Assembly: GCA_965215605.1 (NCBI GenBank)
Contig: OZ244070.1
Span: 2,432,001 to 2,496,000 of the forward strand
Direction: 5' to 3'
DNA: 64,000 bases
DNA from: an uncultured Candidatus Binatia bacterium
Lineage (GTDB): Bacteria; Desulfobacterota; Binatia; UBA9968; JAJDTQ01
The notes beneath the pieces are model-generated. The model searched no databases. It was not told where the DNA came from and saw only the letters and a list, made by a program, of their open reading frames with translations. Below are positions 57,809 to 64,000 of the stretch, one piece after another (position 1 is the first letter of the stretch; each line of letters opens with the position of its first letter). The translations under genes and the position numbers were made by a program.

Positions 57809-58269
57809 GGTTGTTCTCCTTCTCCGGTTGCGGCCGTGGGTCTGAGAGCCGGGTGCCGAAACGCGTAGAGCAGCCCCAGCAGCCCGAGTTGGGTCATGGC
57901 GCCCGGCGCGAGCGCGGGCATCGCTCCGGTCATCGCCTCGGTAAAGAGCTTGAAACCAGACATCGTCGGCGTCATCTCCAGCTCGAATTCCACGTTGCTC
58001 TCGTAGTGGTGCCAAATCCCCACGGGCCCGGCGAGCACGAACAGCACCATGGTCACCTGGAAGGCGCGAAGGCTCCAGCGCCTGCGTCGGGTCACCCAAA
58101 TGCCCATGGTGATGAGGCTGGCGGCGAGAAGGATCAGCGGTATCCACTGCTCGAAGTCTTCGATGTGTCCCAGGAGCAACAGCTCGCTGCCGGTCCCCAG
58201 CACGCCAATGGCGAGAATGACGAGAAGCAGCCGCCGAAACATCGACTCGCTCCGATCCACCATGTTCAT
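57805..58269 (-). CDS. Conserved hypothetical ~4-TM membrane protein
   Basis: Hydrophobic segments with ELLLLGH..D..QWIP, GIWHHY..N.EFE and PALAPG; GTGA overlap with the HhH gene. Confidence 0.72.
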   Translation of the reverse strand: MNMVDRSESMFRRLLLVILAIGVLGTGSELLLLGHIEDFEQWIPLILLAASLITMGIWVTRRRRWSLRAFQVTMVLFVLAGPVGIWHHYESNVEFELEMTPTMSGFKLFTEAMTGAMPALAPGAMTQLGLLGLLYAFRHPALRPTAATGEGEQP

Positions 58270-58338
58270 GGGGATTAGACGGTATCGGGTTCCGGTCCCT
58301 GAGGGGCAGGGAGGGCTCGGATCGCAGGTGGGGGCGGT

Positions 58339-61032
58339 TTATGCCTTCCCGGCGAGTTGCCGGAGCACGTATTCGAGGATGCCGCCGTGGTGGTGGTATG
58401 ACAGCTCCGCGGGGGTGTCGATGCGGCAGGTCACCTGGAAGGTGGTCACCTTTCCCTCGGCGCTTGTCGCGGTCACCTGCAGTTGCTTGCGCACGCTCAG
58501 GCCGCCGGCCACGCCGGCGATGTCGTAGGTCTCGAAGCCGGTGAGACCCAGCGACTCGGCGTTTTCGCCCTTCATGAACTCCAGCGGCAGGATGCCCATG
58601 CCGATGAGGTTGCTCCGGTGGATGCGCTCGAAGCTCTCGACGATGGCGGCCTTGATGCCCAGGAGCCGTGGCCCCTTGGCGGCCCAGTCCCGGGACGATC
58701 CGGTGCCGTACTCCTTGCCGGCGATGACGATGAGCGGAGTCCCTTCTTCCTGGTACTTCATGGCGGCGTCGAAGATGGACATCTGTTCGTTGTCGGGCTG
58801 GTGTACGGTATAGCCGCCCTCGGTACCCGGCGCGATCTGGTTCTTCAGCCGCACGTTGGCGAAGGTGCCGCGCATCATTACCTCGTGGTTGCCCCGGCGG
58901 GCGCCGTACTGGTTGAAGTCCTTGGGCTCCACGCCGTGCTCGGTGAGATAGCGCGCCGCCGGCCCGTTGCGCTCGATGGACCCGGCTGGCGAGATGTGAT
59001 CGGTGGTCACCGAATCGCCCAGCAGCGCCAGCACCCGCGCTCCCTTGACGTCACCCGGCGCGGCCGGCTCCGCGGGCATGTCGGCGAAGAACGGGAGCTC
59101 CCGGACATAGGTGGAGTCCGGGTCCCAGGCGAACAACTCGCCCTCCGGCACCGGCATGCTCCGCCACATGTCGTCTCCCTCGAAGACGTTGCTGTACTCC
59201 TTGCGGAAGGCGTCGGCCGTGACGCCCTTGGCCACTTCCGCGCGCACCTCCTCCGGGCTGGGCCAGATGTCCCGCAGCATCACCGGCTGCCCGTCGGAGT
59301 CCTGCCCGATGGGGTCGTTGTAGAGGTCCACGTCCATGTTGCCGGCGATGGCGTAGGCCACCACCAGCGGCGGCGAGGCCAGGTAGTTGGCCCGGATGTG
59401 GGGATGGATGCGGCCCTCGAAGTTCCGGTTTCCCGAAAGCACGGCACTGGTCACCAAGTTGCCTTCCTGGATGGCGTTGCCGATGTTCTCCGGCAGCGGT
59501 CCGCCGTTGCCCACGCAGGTGGTGCAGCCGTAGCCCACCAGATGGAATCCCATCTCTCCCAGGGGCTCCAGCAGGCCGGTCTGGGTCAGATACTCGGTGA
59601 CCACCTTGGAACCCGGCGCCAAGCTGGTCTTGACCCAGGGCTTGGCCTTGAGGCCACGGGCCACGGCCTTCTTGGCCAGCAGCCCCGCGCCTATCATCAC
59701 CGATGGATTGGAGGTGTTGGTGCAACTGGTGATGGCGGAGATCACCACCGAGCCGTGGGTGAGCTCGAAGGAATCGCCGTTCTGCCGCACGGCCACGGTG
59801 CTCGGGGTGTCGCCGCCTTTCATGGTGGGCAGGGCCTCGGCAAAGGACTGCTTGACGCCGCTCAGCGGCACCCGGTCCTGGGGCCGGCGGGGTCCCGCCA
59901 GGCTGGGCTCCACCTCGCCCAGGTCGAGCTCCAGGGTGTCGGAGAAGACCGGGTCCGGCGTGTCGTCGGTGCGGAACAGTCCCTGCTCCTTGCTGTAGGC
60001 CTCCACCAGGCTGATGAGCTGGGGGTCCCGGTTCGACAGCTTCAGGTAGGCCAGGGTCTCGTCGTCCACCGGGAAGAAGCCCACGGTGGCGCCGTACTCC
60101 GGCGCCATGTTGCCGATGGTGGCCCGGTCCGCCAGCGCCAGGCTGGAGAGCCCCGGACCGTAGAACTCCACGAACTTCTCCACCACGCCCTTCGCCCTCA
60201 GCATCTGCACGATGGTCAGCACCAGGTCGGTGGCGGTGGCGCCCTCGGGAAGCCGGCCATGGAGCTTGAAGCCGATGACCTCGGGGATCAGCATGATCAG
60301 CGGCTGGCCCAGCATGGCCGCCTCGGCCTCGATGCCGCCCACGCCCCAGCCCACCACCCCCAGCCCGTTGATCATGGGCGTGTGGGAGTCGGCCCCTACC
60401 AGCGTGTCGGGATAGGCCAGGGTGTCGCCGTTGGACTGGGCGGTGAAGACCACCTTGCCCAGGAACTCCAGGTTGACTTGGTGGACGATGCCGGTGTCGG
60501 GGGGCACCACGCTGAAGTTGTCGAAGGCCTTCTGCCCCCAGCGCAGGAACGCATACCGTTCCTGGTTGCGCTCGTACTCCAGCTTCGAGTTGGAGGCGAA
60601 CGATTCGAGGGAGCCGAAGTGGTCCACCTGCACCGAGTGGTCGATGACCAGGTCCACGGGCTGGAGCGGGTTGATCCGTTTCGGGTCGCCTCCCAGCCGC
60701 CGGATGCCTTCCCGCATGGCCGCCAGGTCCACGATGGCGGGCACTCCGGTGAGATCCTGCAGCAGGATGCGCGCCGGCATGAAGGCGATTTCCTTGTCCG
60801 GTTTCGCCCCGGGGTCCCAGCCCGCCAGCGCGCGGATGTCGTCCGCCGACACGTGCCGGTCGTCCTCGCACCGGAGCAGGTTCTCCAGCAGGATCTTGAG
60901 GGAGAACGGCAGCCGTTCCACCGGCAGCGAGGTCTCCTTCGCCAGGGCGTCGAGGCGATAGATCCGGTAGCGGTTGCCCCCGACGTCGAGGGACGAGGCG
61001 GTGTGAAACGTGTCGATGCTCTGTGATGCCAT
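58339..61032 (-). CDS. acnA: Aconitate hydratase A
   Basis: [74 protein letters not shown]; AAGGAG RBS. Confidence 0.96.
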   Translation of the reverse strand: MASQSIDTFHTASSLDVGGNRYRIYRLDALAKETSLPVERLPFSLKILLENLLRCEDDRHVSADDIRALAGWDPGAKPDKEIAFMPARILLQDLTGVPAIVDLAAMREGIRRLGGDPKRINPLQPVDLVIDHSVQVDHFGSLESFASNSKLEYERNQERYAFLRWGQKAFDNFSVVPPDTGIVHQVNLEFLGKVVFTAQSNGDTLAYPDTLVGADSHTPMINGLGVVGWGVGGIEAEAAMLGQPLIMLIPEVIGFKLHGRLPEGATATDLVLTIVQMLRAKGVVEKFVEFYGPGLSSLALADRATIGNMAPEYGATVGFFPVDDETLAYLKLSNRDPQLISLVEAYSKEQGLFRTDDTPDPVFSDTLELDLGEVEPSLAGPRRPQDRVPLSGVKQSFAEALPTMKGGDTPSTVAVRQNGDSFELTHGSVVISAITSCTNTSNPSVMIGAGLLAKKAVARGLKAKPWVKTSLAPGSKVVTEYLTQTGLLEPLGEMGFHLVGYGCTTCVGNGGPLPENIGNAIQEGNLVTSAVLSGNRNFEGRIHPHIRANYLASPPLVVAYAIAGNMDVDLYNDPIGQDSDGQPVMLRDIWPSPEEVRAEVAKGVTADAFRKEYSNVFEGDDMWRSMPVPEGELFAWDPDSTYVRELPFFADMPAEPAAPGDVKGARVLALLGDSVTTDHISPAGSIERNGPAARYLTEHGVEPKDFNQYGARRGNHEVMMRGTFANVRLKNQIAPGTEGGYTVHQPDNEQMSIFDAAMKYQEEGTPLIVIAGKEYGTGSSRDWAAKGPRLLGIKAAIVESFERIHRSNLIGMGILPLEFMKGENAESLGLTGFETYDIAGVAGGLSVRKQLQVTATSAEGKVTTFQVTCRIDTPAELSYHHHGGILEYVLRQLAGKA

Positions 61033-61251
61033 GTCAGGCTCCTTGAAATGGATTTTCGGTTTCAGGCGGTCCGGAAGGACGCGGGCGGATGGATGCCGCG
61101 GGGCCTGGGAACGCTTCTTTCTAGCGTAACCGGTGCGGCTTGCCAAATCGGCGGGGAAGCATTCCCGGACTCGATCTGGACACGGCAATGACGCAGGGTG
61201 GCAGGAATGACGTCTGCGGGTGCTGGAGGTAGTCGCGTAGGATGCGGGTAC

Positions 61252-62442
61252 TTAGACTGCCTTGTCCCGGTGCAATCGAGCGATGCCCTCATCGTCGTAG
61301 CCGAGTTCCTGGAGGATCGAGTCGGTGGCGTCGCCGAGCTCGGGGATGGGGTCGTAGCGGGCCGGGCTGCCAGAGAGGTTGAGCGGGCTGCCGATGACCG
61401 GCACCTTGCCCACGGGCGAGTCCACCTCCCGGATCATGCGCCGGGCGGCCGCCTGGGGATGGGCCAGCACCTGGGCGATGCCCCGGACCTTGCCGTTGGG
61501 CAGTTCCGCGGCCTGGAGGCGTTCGAGCCAGGTCTCGTGGCCGTGCTCCAGGAAGAGTTCCTCGATGGTCTCTTCCAGAATACCGCGGTTCTCCCTGCGC
61601 GCCTCCACGGTGGCGAAGCGGGGGTCTTCCATCAGCGATTTGCGTTCCATCACCTTGAGGCAGAAGACTTCCCAGTCCTTGGGCGTGGCCACGGCGAGGT
61701 TCACGTACTCGCCGTCCCCGGCCATATAGGGGCCGTAAGGGGTGACGTAGTGGTGCCGCATGCCTACCCGGCTGGGCTCCTCGCCCCGGTGCCAGTAGTG
61801 GTGCGGGAAGTACCCAAGCCAGGAGAGGATGCTCTCGAACATGGAGATGTCGATGACCTGCCCCTCACCTGTCTTCTCCCGCTGGAACAGCGCCAGCACG
61901 ATGCCCAGGGCCGCGTACATGCCGGAGGCGATGTCGGACACGGACACGCCGGCCCGGGCGGGCTTGTCGGGGTAGCCGGTGGTGGCGATGATGCCGGCCT
62001 CACCCTGGATCAGCAGGTCGTAGGCCTTGACGTCCCGGTAGGGGCCGTCTTGCCCATAGCCCGAGAGCGAGCAGTAGACGAGCCGCGGGTTGATCTCGTG
62101 GAGGGTCTCCCAACCCAGCCCCACGCGCTCGGCCACTCCCGGGGCGTAGTTCTCGAAGAAGACGTCGGTGGTCTGCGCGAGCTTGTGGAGGATCTCCAGC
62201 CCCTCGGGCTTCTTGACGTCCACCGTGAGGCTCCGCTTGTTGCGGTTGAGCCACACGTAGCCCGACGACAGCCCCTTCACCGCCGTATCCCAGTGGCGGA
62301 TCAGGTCGCCCACGCCGGGGCGCTCGATCTTGATGACCTCGGCCCCCATCTCCCCCAGCAGACCGGTGCCGAAGGGGCCCGCGAGCACCTGCTCGAAGGC
62401 CATGACCCGCACGCCGCTCAGGGCCAGATCGCCATCACTCAC
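61252..62442 (-). CDS. Class III (CaiB/BaiF) CoA-transferase
   Basis: EQVLAGP, GAEVIKIERPG.GD, NRNKRS, GYGQDGPY...AYD. Confidence 0.92.
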   Translation of the reverse strand: MSDGDLALSGVRVMAFEQVLAGPFGTGLLGEMGAEVIKIERPGVGDLIRHWDTAVKGLSSGYVWLNRNKRSLTVDVKKPEGLEILHKLAQTTDVFFENYAPGVAERVGLGWETLHEINPRLVYCSLSGYGQDGPYRDVKAYDLLIQGEAGIIATTGYPDKPARAGVSVSDIASGMYAALGIVLALFQREKTGEGQVIDISMFESILSWLGYFPHHYWHRGEEPSRVGMRHHYVTPYGPYMAGDGEYVNLAVATPKDWEVFCLKVMERKSLMEDPRFATVEARRENRGILEETIEELFLEHGHETWLERLQAAELPNGKVRGIAQVLAHPQAAARRMIREVDSPVGKVPVIGSPLNLSGSPARYDPIPELGDATDSILQELGYDDEGIARLHRDKAV

Positions 62443-62941
62443 CGTCGGCGATCTCCGGGAAGATGTCGCGGCGGGGGGCGAACTCCTTGCGCCACACCAT
62501 GACGCTGCGGGCGTAGTCGATGACCACCTTGCCTTCCTGCTGCACGCCCCGGGTGCGCACCTTGACGATGCCCCACTGCGGTTTCGACCTGGAGTCGCGC
62601 TTTTCCAGCACCTCGGACTCGGAGTAGAGGGTGTCGCCGGCGAACAGCGGGTTGGGCAGCGTGATCTGGTCCCAGCCCAGGGCGAAGCCGTTCTCGCTCA
62701 CGTCCGCCACCCCCATGCCGGCCACGATGGCCAGGGTCAGGGCGCTGTTGATCAGGCATTTCCCGAACTCGGTGCGCTTGCCGTACTCGTTGTTGAAGTG
62801 GATCTGGTTCGTGTTGTTGGTGAGCAGCGTGAACCAGATGTTGTCGTTCTCCGTCACCGTGCGTCCGACCCGGCACCGGTACACGTCGCCGACGTTGAAG
62901 TCCTCGAAGTAACGCCCTTCCCAGCCCTGTACGACCGCCAT
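62435..62941 (-). CDS. MaoC-family hydratase (RipB/Ich-like)
   Basis: GRYFEDF, GRTVTENDNIWFTLLT.NT..IHF, EFGK.L.NS, LGW, GDTLY.ESEV; AAGGAG RBS. Confidence 0.85.
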   Translation of the reverse strand: MAVVQGWEGRYFEDFNVGDVYRCRVGRTVTENDNIWFTLLTNNTNQIHFNNEYGKRTEFGKCLINSALTLAIVAGMGVADVSENGFALGWDQITLPNPLFAGDTLYSESEVLEKRDSRSKPQWGIVKVRTRGVQQEGKVVIDYARSVMVWRKEFAPRRDIFPEIADGE

Positions 62942-63056
62942 GGGGAATCTCCTTCCAGGCAAGATGGTGACACTTAAGGGTACACCGTTGGCGTGCACGA
63001 AGTGGGAATCATTGTCGCATGCTCATCGTCTTCCCGCCGCCCCGTCGTCAGCCGTG

Positions 63057-63998
63057 CTAAGCGGACTCCAGCTGATCGCCGATCGGGAGGGTACGGATAC
63101 GCTTGCCGGTTGCCTGGTAGATCGCGTTGACCAGCGCCGGCGCGTAGGGCGGCAGGCCGGGCTCGCCAACACCGCAGGGACGCAGATGCGTGAAGTCCTC
63201 GACGATGTGCGTGCGCACATCGAGAGGCGCATCGCCCATGCGGGCGATCGTGTAGTCGTGGAAGTTGCTCTGGTCGACCGCCCCTCGCGTGGTGGTGATC
63301 TGCCCATGCATCGCGAGCGAATGGCCGTCGACGGCAGCACCTTCCATCTGCTTCTTCACCCCCTCGGGATTGACGTAGAGGCCGCAGTCGATCGCCATGT
63401 CCACTCGCGGGACATGGAGCGAGCCGTCGTCACGCACCACCACGTGTACGGCCGTTCCCACATAGCTGTGGAAGCTGCGGTGGCAGGCGATCCCCAGGCC
63501 ATGACCGGGCGGCATCGACTTGCCGTAGCCCGACTTCTCGGCCACCACGCGGAGCACGTTCGAGAGCCGCTTCGGCATGATCGGCCAGTCCTCGATCGAG
63601 TCGCCGTAGTTCCAATGGCGCTTCACGCCGTCCCTGGCGAGGTCCATGACGTCCGCATCTCCGATGAGCTCCAGCAGGAACTCCACCGGGTCGCGGCCAG
63701 CGGCCTCGGCCAACTCGTTCGCGAAACAGTTCATGGTGAACGCGTGCTGGATGTTGTTGACCGAGCGGAACCAACCGATCCTGATCATGGCGTCGGCCTC
63801 GCCGTTCTCGATGCGCAGGTTCGGCACCCGGTCGTAGGGCGTGTCGACAAGGCCCAACCCGAATTCAACAGGATGGCCGGTCCGCTGCACCGGATTCCAG
63901 AGCGACATGAGCGAGGGCCACGCACCCGAATGATGCCACGCCGTGACCGTGCCCGAGCCGTCGAGACCTGCCCTGAGCCTGTGAGCGCTCGCGGCATG
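63057..63998 (-). CDS. Isoquinoline 1-oxidoreductase beta/IorB-like molybdoprotein, 5'-truncated by the window edge
   Basis: The frame stays open to the window end (HAASAHRLRAGLDG...); GWFRSV, ELAEAAGRDP, DCG..VNP, QSNFHDY, GVGEPG. Confidence 0.88.
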   Translation of the reverse strand, partial: HAASAHRLRAGLDGSGTVTAWHHSGAWPSLMSLWNPVQRTGHPVEFGLGLVDTPYDRVPNLRIENGEADAMIRIGWFRSVNNIQHAFTMNCFANELAEAAGRDPVEFLLELIGDADVMDLARDGVKRHWNYGDSIEDWPIMPKRLSNVLRVVAEKSGYGKSMPPGHGLGIACHRSFHSYVGTAVHVVVRDDGSLHVPRVDMAIDCGLYVNPEGVKKQMEGAAVDGHSLAMHGQITTTRGAVDQSNFHDYTIARMGDAPLDVRTHIVEDFTHLRPCGVGEPGLPPYAPALVNAIYQATGKRIRTLPIGDQLESA

Positions 63999-64000
63999 GT

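Noticed and set aside
63909-64000. Frameshift or truncation of the IorB-like gene
   Set aside because: The reading frame stays open to the window edge, so the gene is simply cut by the window.

Overview
High-GC bacterial chromosomal window, gene-dense, with no tRNA, rRNA, CRISPR array, integrase or transposase recognised. The first ~34 kb interleave catabolic genes with defence/addiction modules. These are the 3' end of a probable Fic gene coupled to a type I R-M methyltransferase (HsdM), BrnTA, an AAA+/DUF4143 ATPase-nuclease, FitA-VapC followed by an RqlH-like RecQ-PRTase helicase and RqlI/DprA partner, and a minus-strand block. That block reads FitA-VapC > 1750-aa exonuclease-RecQ-UvrD double helicase > deleted vapBC relic > voltage-gated Na+ channel (TLESWSM) > HipB-HipA. 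The rest encodes a TRAP transporter, MFS/DMT transporters, three Mo-hydroxylase large subunits, LLM monooxygenases, amidohydrolases, PhoX, OtsB, an ATP-grasp-like ligase, IlvD, ClpS/ClpA, a FemAB-like GNAT protein, an uncharacterised membrane protein-triple HhH-YHYH operon, AcnA and a class III CoA-transferase/MaoC pair. The best candidates for an undescribed system are the double-helicase/ion-channel/TA island, the YHYH-HhH operon and an AT-rich tandem palindrome after clpA. Family assignments come from motif recognition only; no database searches were run.
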